Shown: positions 48,278-59,693 of the stretch, in pieces
How positions within the stretch are numbered: position 1 is the first letter of the stretch
Layout of the letters: the number at the start of each line of letters is the position of its first letter
Assembly (NCBI GenBank): GCA_001599295.1
Contig: BCGN01000005.1
Coordinates: 1,054,001-1,118,000, forward strand
DNA: 64,000 bases
DNA from: Sporopachydermia quercuum
Lineage: Eukaryota
Direction: 5' to 3'
Translations under genes and position numbers: made by a program
Notes under the pieces: model-generated
The model's input: the letters and a program-made list of their open reading frames with translations, nothing else
Told to the model about the DNA's origin: nothing
Databases searched by the model: none

Positions 48278-51200
48278 ATGACTATTTCTACCAGCCCTTT
48301 CAAGGCCGTTAAGACTGTCCTTATTGCCAATAGAGGTGAAATTGCATGTCGTATCATCAGAACTTGTAAACAGGTATGTCGCTGTTTTTTTACCCACTGA
48401 CTTATATTTCAATTCGAAAGCCTGAATATTAACAAACTGTAATCTTAGCATGGTCTAAAATCTGTGGTTATTTTCTCGAAAGAAGATGCTGAATCATTAC
48501 ATGTTTCAGAAGCTGATGACAGTATCTTACTGACGGGAACTGGTGTAAGTGCTTATACAGATATAGATCAAGTAGTTCAAGCAGCTAAAATCTCAAATGC
48601 AGATGCTGTCATTCCTGGTTACGGTTTCTTAAGTGAAAATAGAGATTTCGTTGCAGCATTGGAAAAAGAAGGAATTATTTTTGTGGGTCCTGATTCTTCT
48701 TCAGTAGAACAATTCGGTTTAAAGCATTTTGCTAGAGATTTGGCGGTCAATGCTGAAGTTCCGGTGGTACCAGGAAGTGGACTTTTGACCAATAGTAAGG
48801 AAGCTATAAAGTTTGCTGAAAATATTGGTTACCCGATAATCTTGAAAGCTACTGCTGGCGGTGGAGGAATGGGTATGAAAGTTTGTCGATCACCTGAAGA
48901 AGTAGAAGAGGGTGTCAAAGAAGTTCGCAGTAGAGGTTCGTCACTATTCAAAAATGACGGCCTCTTCTTAGAACGGTATGTTGAACATGGTCGTCATATC
49001 GAAGTTCAAGTGTTCGGTAATGGTAAAGGAGATGTTATTGCATTAGGTGAACGTGAATGTTCAGTTCAAAGAAGACATCAAAAGGTTATTGAAGAGACCC
49101 CTTCACCTTTCATTTCTTTACCAAATTATGGAAATGTTGATTTAAGAAGAAAGCTATGTGAATGTGCTATAAAACTTGCTTCTTCCGTTAAGTATAAGTC
49201 TGCGGGTACCATTGAATTTTTAGTTGACGACGATGATGTCTCTTTCTATTTCTTAGAAATGAATACAAGACTGCAAGTAGAGCATGGTATTACTGAAATG
49301 GTTTACAATGTTGATCTTGTGTTCTTAATGCTTTTACAAGCTGATTACGAACTTCAAAATAAAACAGGTATCCCTTTTGACTATCTCAAATCTTACGGTA
49401 AATATGAAAGAGATGGTTATGGTATTCCTGAACCAAATGGTCATAGTATCGAAGTTAGATTATATGCAGAAAATCCATTGCAAAACTTTAGACCTTGTCC
49501 TGGTACGCTTACTCATGTTGACTTTCTTAAAGAGTTATCGGTTCCAAATACAAAGCTGAGAATCGATGGTTGGGTTTCTACTGGTTCAAAGATTACTCCA
49601 TATTTTGACCCTTTGNTAGTAAAGTTGATTGTTTGGAGTGAGACAAGAGATGGTGCAATCAATGGTATGATTGAAGTGCTAACGAAAAGTCTTGTTCAAG
49701 GCCCAACAACTAATGCCGAATATCTTTCTCATATTTTGGATGCTAAGAATTTCCGTACTGGTTATACTTTAACAAGTTTCTTGAACGATTTTGAATTCCT
49801 ACCCTCATTAATGGAATTCCAAATTGCCGGCGCCTATACAACTGTTCAAGATTTACCGGGTAGAATCAAATACAATGGTGGTGTTTTGATGGGAGGACCA
49901 ATGGATAGATTTGCTTTCCAAACTGCTAATGTCATTGTTGGAAATGATTCACATACTGAGGCTTTTGAAATTGTTTTAATGGGGCCAGAGATTAAATTTC
50001 ATTCCCCCGCCACTATTTCTTTGTGTGGTGGTAATTTTGCATTCTCAATCAATGGTAAAGAAGCTCCTTTATGGTCAGCGATCAAAGTTCCAGCTGGTTC
50101 CACTGTTAAAATCGGCGATTTATTATCTGGTGTTGCAGGAAAATGTTACTTGGCAGTTAAAGGTGGTTTACCAAGTGTTGCTTACTACCTAGATTCCAAA
50201 GCCACAAGTCCAACCGTTAGTATTGGCGGTCATCAAGGAGGTCCAATTAGAGCTGGTGATTGTTTAGCACTTGCTCAACATGATCCCGTTGATAGCATCG
50301 AGGTTGATTATATTCTACCAAAGCTTGCAAGGCCAGATTACGATTTTGATGACGATACATTTATTTGGACGATTAGATGTCTCAATGGTCCACATAATAC
50401 CCCAGAAATTATGGGAGAAGAAGGACATAAAACACTATTTGAAACAATTTGGAAGATGAATATGAATTCCAATAGAGGTTCCATTACTCTGGACGGTCCA
50501 AAAGTTCCATTTGCTAGACCTGATGGTAGAGATGGTGGTAATCATCCTGCAAATATTATTGAATATGTTTATCCTCCGTATGGGGTTAGTACTGTTGGTG
50601 ATATGAATGTGATTTCCGCTGCTGATGGTATCACCTTAAGTGGATTTTTAAGTCCTATTGTTCCAATTGAAGCAGATTGGTGGAAAGTCGGTCAAGCAAA
50701 GGTAAGCTCTCAAATTAAATTTGAACATATTACTTATCATGATGCTCTTAAATTGAGAAAGAAACGTAAACAATATATTCAATTTTTGGCAACCCGTCCT
50801 TCTGAACTTGAAGCTAGGAAATCACCATTTAATGATGAGCTTGATACTTATGAAGACGTCACTTTTGACACAATTCTTTATCTCCGCGAGGCAAATGATG
50901 AATTACCATATACAATGTTCAGACAAGCCGGTGAGAAGATGATTCAAATCGACTATGATTTAGAAAAATTCAATCTGGCAAGTGTTGCAAGACAATATTT
51001 ACTGAATATTGAACTAGAGAAACTGAAGCAAAGTAATGAAACATTTGCTAAAGGTGTTTATAGAATGGAAACATCAAATGGTTGTTTGGCTATTGCATTC
51101 GAACCGGAGATCATTTCAAGACATGAATTGATAGAGATTGTGAAGCAAGTTGAAGCAACACTCCCACCAACTAATGAAATGAAAGTACCATCAAGAGTCT

Positions 51201-52174
51201 TCAGATTACCATTGTGCATTGAACATCCAGCAGTTATTGATTGCTGGGAAAGATATATGAATTCTATTAGACCAACAGCGGCATATTTGCCAAATAATCG
51301 TGAATATTTGATGAAATCCTCATTGATTGATACATTTGAAGAATTCAAATCAAGAGTTTATGGTCCAATGCAAGTTGTTACTGCAGTTTCTTTTATTTGC
51401 GCAACACCCTTACTGGTTTATAAAGATCCCAGACTTTCATTCAAGAGTGGTAAATATAATCCATCAAGACATTATACACCTGCTGGTGCCGTTGGTACTG
51501 GTAGTATATCTCAAAGTATTCATCCAATTGACACTCCTGGTGGTTACATGATTTGGGGTTTAACATTACCAAGTTTCTTATGGAACACTTTTGCAAGACT
51601 AGATCAATTCAAACAATTCGGAACTAACCCATGGTATCTCCAAACTTTTGATCAAATTCAATGGTACGAGGTAACTGCTGATGAATTAGATGATTTAGAG
51701 AATCAAATGAAAACCAATAAGTTCATTGTGAAACCTGAAGAGGTCACATTTGATTTTACTGAATATTCCCAGTTTATCGAAACAATTGTAGACGAAGTCA
51801 AAGAAATCAGAGCTAAGCAAGATATTATGGGTGCCCAACTGAAAAAGGAAGATGATTTGCTCAAAGCAGAATGGGAAGCCGAAAAGGCAGCGAGAAAAGC
51901 AGCGAAAGGTGCCGCAACTGAAGGATTAGACGATAATTATCTTAAGTGTGAATCAACAATGACAGCAACAGTTTTCAAGATTAATTTAGCAAAAGGTGAT
52001 AAGTTTAGGCCTGATGATCCTGTTATTATTCTCGAAGCCATGAAAACTGAAATTCCAATCAGAATTCAGAACGCTGATCCTGATGGTGAATATGAAGTCA
52101 AAGAGATTCTGGTTGACGAGAAGGATATTGTCAATTCTGGACAACCAATATTTGTTTATGATAAGGTAAATTGA
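48278..52174 (+). CDS. Stand-alone urea carboxylase-like (LamA-like) enzyme: biotin carboxylase + two carboxyltransferase-like (AHS2/AHS1) domains + biotinyl carrier, 2 exons
   Basis: Exon 1 48278-48373 (MTISTSPFKAVKTVLIANRGEIACRIIRTCKQ) and an intron from GTATGT 48374 to TAG 48448. BC motifs PGYGFLSEN, GGGGMGM, RECSVQRRHQKVIEE and FLEMNTRLQVEH; TTVQDLPGR..GGPMD; KYNPSR..TPAGAVG and PGGY; biotin site EAMK. There is no N-terminal amidase (allophanate hydrolase) domain. Confidence 0.95.
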
Positions 52175-53498
52175 TCAATAGTGATAATATATATTAATAA
52201 TAATTAAAGGGTTTTCAGTGAACTGTGTATTTGTTAATTAGTGATAATAGATTGTAGCGGAAGCTGTCTTTCTTTTTCAAGGTAAGTGTTAGGTCAAACT
52301 TCTAATGAGCCACATAACATATTCAGTTGTTCCAATCGTTAGCAATCATTAGCAACTCATTAGAATGATCGCAATAAATACCTGGTTCACATTTTCCTTC
52401 CGTTCAATTGTTTTTCTCCTGTCTTTGAATCATCTTCAACTGGATCTGATCTAAAATGTTGAAAATTCATCATTTTCTCATATGTTCATTCTATTGGAAT
52501 AGGTTCTATTATGGGGTATAAAAATCTATCAGGAGGTTTTCTCCTCTATTATATAATCACAGAGGAATAGATGATAGGATACCTGTTGCATTTATGGGAA
52601 GGATTATTGTTCAGAATTTATTGAAAGATATTCTTTCTATTCAATATTTCAATTGAAGCAAAAGGACTTCGGGTTAGTTCATGACTCAATTTCTACAATA
52701 TAAGAAAGACCTCCCTACATGACTCGCGCTGTTGACAAAGCAATGATTATCCAATCAGTCAATCAATCAAATGATCGAGAAGTCTCAATAGTTATTCAAA
52801 CATCGCGATTCCATTAAATATAATAATAAATAAATATCAAGAATGATTAGACTTTTCTCTCGACAAACTCAAGGAAACAACAAAGAAAAACAATGTTGAC
52901 ACTCTTGTTTTTGCAGTATTATTTTTTTCAGTGCATATGAAAGAGTGAATTTTTCACCTCACCGGTTTTTTCATCTAATAACTAAAAGTTGGAAATCAAG
53001 ATAAATCTTCATGTATTCTCACCGTAAATTCTTTAATAGTAAGTTTGTGATTTAACAATTGTAACCGCGAATCAAATCTTCGAGAAAAATAGTAATAATA
53101 TGGAATTGAAATTGTTGTCTTCTTCAGTTAGAACTAGAAATGAAAGAGGAAAATTGTCCCACTACATGCAATTCACTGGATCTGGTTGTGTTCAGAGTTC
53201 CAATGCTTTGTTTAGAAATGTTTAAAATTATTATCAAAACAATGAAAGTAAACATTCTAGCATAGTTATTTTGATATTGATGTATATAGAGCAATTAGGA
53301 ATAGTTATTGTCAAAAGGTTTTTCTATACCAACTATTCATTTCACATTACATTTCCAAGTGGAATTAATTGCCTTATTCTTGGTACGATGAGTCGGTCAA
53401 CAATAATGATGAATACNGCTGCTACAATTACAACAGAAAGAAATGATTATGATTAAATAACAATTAAATAGCAATTAAAATATTATTTATTTTGATTC

Positions 53499-54260
53499 TT
53501 ATTTCAATCCCTTCATACTATTGACTTCATCAAGTATTTTCCTTGCTGTCTTTATATTATCTAAAGCACCGGGAAGATCTGAATGAATACATAACGAGAA
53601 AGGCTTACCTTTGAAATTGAGAGAAATTTCCTTACCAGTATTACAAATGATTTTATCCTCTAAAGCACATCTTCTTAGTTGCTCTCCAATATCTTCGGGG
53701 GTTTTTGGAGTCCAATTACCAACAGGTGCTAACTCACCATTTTCTGCCCAATCAATGTCTGCATATAATTCTTCCAAGAACTCAACTCCAGCATCATCAC
53801 ATCTCTTCTTATATCTTTCGCTTCTGGCACCTACTAAAGGAACTTTTAAATCCTTTGCTGCTCTAATTGCGGCATCCATTACATCTTGATTTGTCATGAT
53901 GTAGAAGAATAATTGTCCATGAGGTTTTATAAACTCAAGTTTCATTCCTTCAATTTCTAGGAATGCCTTTAGGGCACCTGCTTGGTAGACAATCAAATCA
54001 TAGATTTCTGCCGCTGGAATTGCCATTGCCCTTCTACCAAAACCCTTGATATCAGGTAAACCAGGGTGAGCACCAACTTTCACACCGTGCTTCTTTGCCA
54101 ATTTCACTGTTTGTTTGATAATAGTGTGATCACCTGCATGAAAACCACAAGCAATATTGGCACAGTCAATGTATGGCATAATATCTTCATCAGGACCTGT
54201 CTTCCATCTTCCGAAACCTTCACCCATATCACAGTTTAACTCATACTTTGTGTAACCCAT
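53499..54260 (-). CDS. LamB/YcsF family protein (5-oxoprolinase subunit PxpA-like, lactam utilisation)
   Basis: LNCDMGEGFGRW, ANIACGFHAGD, GAHPGLPD..GFGRR, IKPHG.LF, ELYAD and SLCIHSD are hallmark LamB/YcsF motifs. First ATG at 54260. Confidence 0.96.
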   Translation of the reverse strand: MGYTKYELNCDMGEGFGRWKTGPDEDIMPYIDCANIACGFHAGDHTIIKQTVKLAKKHGVKVGAHPGLPDIKGFGRRAMAIPAAEIYDLIVYQAGALKAFLEIEGMKLEFIKPHGQLFFYIMTNQDVMDAAIRAAKDLKVPLVGARSERYKKRCDDAGVEFLEELYADIDWAENGELAPVGNWTPKTPEDIGEQLRRCALEDKIICNTGKEISLNFKGKPFSLCIHSDLPGALDNIKTARKILDEVNSMKGLK

Positions 54261-54339
54261 TTTGTTTATATTTTTATTAGAGAGCAATAATAGTTCAATT
54301 GATGTATATCAATAATCCCTTCAATGCAAATCTGAAAGC

Positions 54340-54666
54340 GATAAGATTGAATACTAAGAGAATTTGGTTAGGGTGTAACCAACAAGAACAAGAAGAGGAT
54401 TTAACAGCATTTAAATGTAATACAGTAGTTCTGAAAAGGTTTATCAAAGAAAAAGAGTATTGGTATTTCCGAACCGATAACAATTTCCTTTTGTTATCAA
54501 TCTGTTTGATAATACTGATTGCAGACTAATTTTATCCTTGGTGAGTATTCCATATCCAGTAAGCGATACAACGGCTTACAGAAAAATGAGAAGATAAAGT
54601 AGCATCAGCATTTGTTCATCGGTTCACATTGGTACAAGCTAATCTTAAGTTCCAGGATATTGATAA
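54340..54666. promoter_or_regulatory. Dense GATA-site cluster upstream of the lamB-like gene
   Basis: Eight GATAA/TTATC sites at 54340, 54441, 54476, 54494, 54508, 54532, 54593 and 54662. Confidence 0.65.
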
Positions 54667-55236
54667 TCTTGAGGGCTTACATTCAGTTGAATAATTTTGT
54701 TTAACAGCTACTAGAACCAAGTATGTAGTTGGTTCTTTCATAGAGCGATCGCTTTATTGTTCTAATATGGAAATTTGGTCTTATCAGAATGTTATTTAAG
54801 GTTTGGTTCCTTAAAGTTAATTGAACTTTATATTACTCTAATAAGGTTGTTACCAAAGAGGAATTATGTAATTACGTACAAAAGTTTATTTGAACATATA
54901 CTTATAAATCAACCACTGCTTTACCAAGCCTTTGATTTATATGGAATGTGTCATCATCATAGTAAGGACATTTGGTTATTCTATATTTTATCTTCCTTTG
55001 GAATTTCCTTGCTTTTATTTTACTAGGATTATGAACATTGAGTTCATGCAAAGAGGCCTTCAATTTTAAAATAAAACGTAAGCAGATGCATTCCAAATGA
55101 GAGGATTAATTCGAAGAGAAAATTCTGATATTTCCTTCCATCTACCTACTTGATGCAAATTATTTAGTAGCAGAACAATTTAGTATTACATATTATATAT
55201 CCAATCAACCCCAAAGCATGTGAGTAACCAAAAGAA

Positions 55237-55928
55237 CTACCTCCTCTGTAAGTTACGCTTCATTTGTAATTCATTCTTCTTAATCAGCTTCTTTCTTTCA
55301 GCTCTCTTTAATGTCCTAGGATCGATTAACTTCTCATCAACGGCTGCCTTTCGCTTCTTGGTTGACGAAGTTTCCTCATCAACTTCCACAAGCCATTGAT
55401 TATCCAAATCTTTGTTTTTACCATTAAAACCCCATTTGTTAACCCATTCACCTTTTTCTTCATCATAAACCAATTTACCTGTCTTGCCTTTAGCTTTAAT
55501 ACCCTTCTTACGAGCAAACAGCTCCCACTTCGTCGGAGGTTTGGGCTTAGGAATTGGTTTTTCTCTTGGTAGTTCAGTTGTGGGTTCTGGCAACATTATT
55601 AATGACATAGTTGAATTTTGTGTACCGGTACTATTGTTTGAATCAGTAGTCTTCTTGATAGGCAGAGACAAAATTTGATTGATTAACAACTGTGTATTAT
55701 CTCTAGCAACAACACGGAGAGTTTCTTCTTTCTTTTCTTCTTCACTGAACTCCAATGGGTTCGAGTCAAACACAGCTAAGTTTCCCAAATCATATTCGAC
55801 AGGAATAGGCTTCTCAACAGTAACTGACTTTCTACTTTTTGTTAGCGATTTGATCGTTTGAAATCCCTTCAACATACTTTCATATAGCCTATAACGCAAA
55901 CTGCCAATTCAACATACATTTCTGACAT
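55237..55928 (-). CDS. RRS1: Ribosome biogenesis protein Rrs1 (2 exons)
   Basis: Exon 1 ATG TCA GAA AT (55928-55918) and intron 55917-55832 (GTATGT..GCTAAC..TAG). Motifs VTVEKPIP..YDLGNL..FD.N, ARDN.QLLINQI, LPREKP.P..K..TKWE.FA..KGI and W...WG. Confidence 0.96.
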
Positions 55929-56411
55929 CTTGAGTCCTTGAGCATTGGTGCCTTCTTAATTAAAAACCTCAGATCTAAAGCTATCCTTTATAGATCACAA
56001 ATCAATGATGAATTGAACCAAACGTGCCAATAACTGCTACTATTTCAATAAAAGAAGATATCATCAAGTCTCACTAGTTACTATATTTTCACTCCTTACA
56101 AAATTTTTCTTTCTACATAAATGAAATAATTGTCTTATGACCAGGGCTGGAGAACCGAATCAATTAATTAGGTTTCAAGGAAATATTATTTACACCCACA
56201 ACTCAAGTAGAACATATCTCTTGTGTACCCACAACCAATAGTAAAACATCAAGTCTCATTTCAACAGACTTCAAATGGTATAGTTGTCAATCGGGAGAGA
56301 GAATCGGAGATATATATATGTAGTTACCAATTATAAGAAACAGATTAGTGAATTTGGGAAAGATCAATTGAAGCATAAATTTGGTGAGATACATATAGTA
56401 TACAGCATACA

Positions 56412-57058
56412 ATGGCAGGATCTACTAAGAATACATCAACTAAAAAACCTGTGCTTAAACAGGGGAAGGATGCTTCTTCCGACAATGGATTTGCCAAAGT
56501 CCTCAGTTCATACTTAAAGACACTTAATACTCATAGCAAGTTGATAGACTTGTATCTGGTGTTTCTGGTTCTCTTAGGAGTTTATCAGTTTGTTGTGTGT
56601 GTATTGATTGGCAATTTCGTAAGTAAATGTCTTGAAATCAAGACGATCAAAGCGGTAGAGGATCAAATAGTACTAACGCGTTCATGACAGCCTTTCAATG
56701 CATTCTTAGGAGGATTTATTTCTACAGTTGGCCAATTTGTTTTGACAGGTATGATAGATTGAGTGATTTTTGCATCCCANCAACCTTTTGGGTCAAAAAA
56801 GCCGTTCAAAGTTCTAACATTTTTGTACATTCAGTCTCACTAAGGCTACAAACGAACAGAAACAACAAAGAGGAATTCAGCACCGTAACAGAAAAAAGGT
56901 ACGTTCAAGAACAACTGGAGAGCAATCAATTTCATGATATTGCATTTTATAACTAGTGATTGGGAATACTAACATCAGATGATCTCTACAGAGCTTTGGG
57001 TGACTATATATTCGCATCACTTATTCTACATTTCATTGTACTTCATTTCATCAATTAG
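56412..57058 (+). CDS. OST2: Oligosaccharyltransferase subunit Ost2/DAD1 (4 exons)
   Basis: Exons 56412-56618, 56691-56748, 56835-56898 and 56992-57058 give [45 protein letters not shown]...RALGDYIFASLILHFIVLHFIN. Confidence 0.96.
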
Positions 57059-57106
57059 ACTTAACTTCCTACTAATACAAATTAAAATATCTATTAACCC
57101 CTTGAA

Positions 57107-58456
57107 CTACTTTTTTCCTGTTTTCTTCATTTTAGCTGTACATTCGTCACAATACCATTTGCCCTTTGGTGGTGCTGGTAGCCCAATACAAGGTAGATGA
57201 AACCATTCCCTCTTACAATCAGCTCCATCACATCCAACCATCTCACCATAAGATACTTGTTGACAGTAACAATACACCGGTTCAGATTCCATTTCTTCCT
57301 GAATATGTTTAGGAATTTCCACTTTCTCAATCTTGGTACTTGGAACAGGGGTAGAACTATCCCGACCTGACTCCTTCTTTGGACCTTTTGCTGACTTTGC
57401 TCGTCGACCTCCCGGAGTGCTGCTTCGTTCAATATCAGAACCAGCAACTGAGTTTCCTTCAGTTGATAACAGAACAGCAGCATTAGAATCCGAAGAACCA
57501 CTTCCTGCTGTTCCTGTAGTGGTATTAGTATCATTAGATTTAGTGGTAGACGAATCAGAAGCAGTTTTGTTATTTGTAGTAAATATAGCCAAAGAGCTAC
57601 TTGAGACTGTTTGTTTGGGCCTTCTTCGCTTAACTGACAGACCATTTGCAGGAGTTGATTCCTTTGCACTAGAATTGTTTCCTGTGCCAGCTGAAACTGG
57701 AGGTGTATTAGTAGATGTTGTCAGTTTATGTTTTATAGCTGTAGACGAACCAGCCCGTCCCCCATCCGTCCCAGAATCATCAGGATGGCCACGGCCTCTA
57801 GAAGGTGTTCCAGCCCGTCTAGAAGTAGATCTAGAAATTATTTGAGAGCCTGTTTCCTGTGCAGCTGCCTGGGCAGCTTTCTTTGCTGCCAAAGCTTCTC
57901 GTCTACTTTCACTGCGAGCAGCTTGCGCCGATTTGGTTTCCGGTAGTTTTGCATCCATTATCATGGCTGGGTGGTTCAAAGGACCAATTCTTATTGATTC
58001 AGGAATCTCATTAGCTACAATCAAGTCAAAGTCATGGTTAATTCTATTTAGATGCTTGGTGATCGCATCCGCAGCTACTCCAGCGACATGCATCTTCTCT
58101 TCTAAACATGGCATTAATTCACGAATTAGATCTCTGATATCTCCAAGCATACTTTCCCGAGCTTGATTGTCCTTTTCCGCCTTTTTAATTTGTTCCAGTG
58201 TTGAAGTTCTGGTTAAAGAACGTGCTGGAACCGGTAAACTGAGAAACTGTTTTATCAGGCTCAGTAACACTGGAGTAGTTCCTACACATTTAGAGTCTAT
58301 TTCATGAAGAAGTGTAAAGTATCGTACAAGATCTAAGGGAAGTGCTTCAAAGGCATCAGCTATATCGTTTAGTCCAGGATACAATTCAGCGAGCTGTTGT
58401 TGCTGCTGCTGCTGTTGTTGTTGTTTAGAGATTCTGCCCCTTGGTTTACTTGCCAT
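57107..58456 (-). CDS. PHO23: ING-family PHD protein of the Rpd3L complex
   Basis: YPGLNDIADAFEALPLDLVRYFTLLHEIDSKC, LMPCLEEKMHVA and a C-terminal PHD EPVYCYCQQVSYGEMVGCDG.DC.REWFHLPC...PKGKWYC. Likely start is ATG 58456 (MASKPRG). Confidence 0.9.
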   Translation of the reverse strand: MASKPRGRISKQQQQQQQQQQLAELYPGLNDIADAFEALPLDLVRYFTLLHEIDSKCVGTTPVLLSLIKQFLSLPVPARSLTRTSTLEQIKKAEKDNQARESMLGDIRDLIRELMPCLEEKMHVAGVAADAITKHLNRINHDFDLIVANEIPESIRIGPLNHPAMIMDAKLPETKSAQAARSESRREALAAKKAAQAAAQETGSQIISRSTSRRAGTPSRGRGHPDDSGTDGGRAGSSTAIKHKLTTSTNTPPVSAGTGNNSSAKESTPANGLSVKRRRPKQTVSSSSLAIFTTNNKTASDSSTTKSNDTNTTTGTAGSGSSDSNAAVLLSTEGNSVAGSDIERSSTPGGRRAKSAKGPKKESGRDSSTPVPSTKIEKVEIPKHIQEEMESEPVYCYCQQVSYGEMVGCDGADCKREWFHLPCIGLPAPPKGKWYCDECTAKMKKTGKK

Positions 58457-59207
58457 TGCTATTACTTGGTTGTGATTGAAGTTGTGGTTCCGAGGACAAT
58501 GATAATCGTTCACAATGATACTGGTGAATTGAAATCTTTGAGTCCAAAAAAGAAAAAGATTAATAAAATTGAGCACACTATACCTGATAGAGCAAAACAA
58601 TTGATGTACTTCAAAACTGCCAGTTGCTCTTTTTATGAATTCTAAGAAAAGAAGACAGAGCATTTATTTTATCATTGAAGCATACAAACAGGGAGATAGA
58701 TTCGAGAAAAGCAACAGAACAAAATGAAGTTAGAATCTGAGTGTGATTACATAATCATCATACCTTTCGATAGGGATCAGAAACCACATATGCATGTGGA
58801 CGTATTCTATGCATTACATTGCATAAAGTAAGTTTATGTTGATGATGCTATCAGAATAAAAAATTGATAAGGAAAGCATGAAATTGCGGAGTTTGGAGGA
58901 ATTGTATTAAACTAACGAGGATTGAGAAAAGGTTGTCGGAAGACCTTAGAAGAATCCATATAATTCGTTCAAAAAAGCTTTAACCATTGAAAATGCAAAG
59001 CGGATCTATCTGTATTCATACTTTAACGCGGACTGTTATACCTTACAACTTTTTCCCTGTCGGAGAGAATCTTAGTTTTGTTGCTCTAATGGAGAAGCTA
59101 CCTAGTACCTACATTTGTATAGTCCTTTTTATGAAAATATGATTTTAGCTGTGAAAGCATTGCAAAGTAGTATAAAAAATCTTATTTCAGAAGAATAGGT
59201 ATTTTAT

Positions 59208-59693
59208 TTACTCAGCAGCTTTAATAGCTTCAACCTGAGTAACAAGATAGTCGATATCCTTTCTCCAAAGGATCAAGCCTTCTTCTCCACCTTCCTCCCA
59301 TAATTCATACATCTCAGACTTTTTCGAGAGAACAATCTTCAGTCCACGAAGTAACTTATCTTTAGCTGCATAGACAGTTTTTGCATACTCCTTGTCTGAA
59401 GTTTTAACTTGCTCAATCCAGTCATTCAACTTCGAGTCTGTCCCTCTATAGCTAATTTCCTCTGTGGAAGACTTATCTAATACTGATAAAACCAAAAAAG
59501 GGACCACAGTTAGGTCAGCACAATCATCTAGCTCAAAATACTCCTTTGAATCGGCCGATTGATCTATTATCTTTTCCAATGATACAAACCATCCTTTCTC
59601 CCCTTCAATATCGATTTTGCTTTGGTCAATAAGACTATGAATCGAGTCTAAAGCAGCGTCGTTTTCAAATAATCCATANCCCCAGGCTCCCAT
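59208..59693 (-). CDS. DUF4259-like protein
   Basis: N-terminal MGAW(G)YGLFENDAALD and C-terminal SEMYELWEE....W...I..L match my recollection of the DUF4259 signature; the gene is intronless. Confidence 0.8.
   Translation of the reverse strand: MGAWXYGLFENDAALDSIHSLIDQSKIDIEGEKGWFVSLEKIIDQSADSKEYFELDDCADLTVVPFLVLSVLDKSSTEEISYRGTDSKLNDWIEQVKTSDKEYAKTVYAAKDKLLRGLKIVLSKKSEMYELWEEGGEEGLILWRKDIDYLVTQVEAIKAAE

Noticed and set aside
48278..52174. Calling the gene DUR1,2 urea amidolyase
   Set aside because: The protein starts directly with the biotin carboxylase domain, and no amidase domain is encoded upstream.
5602..59679. Scattered single N bases, several within CDSs
   Set aside because: They preserve the reading frame and most likely mark ambiguous or heterozygous base calls, not biological lesions.
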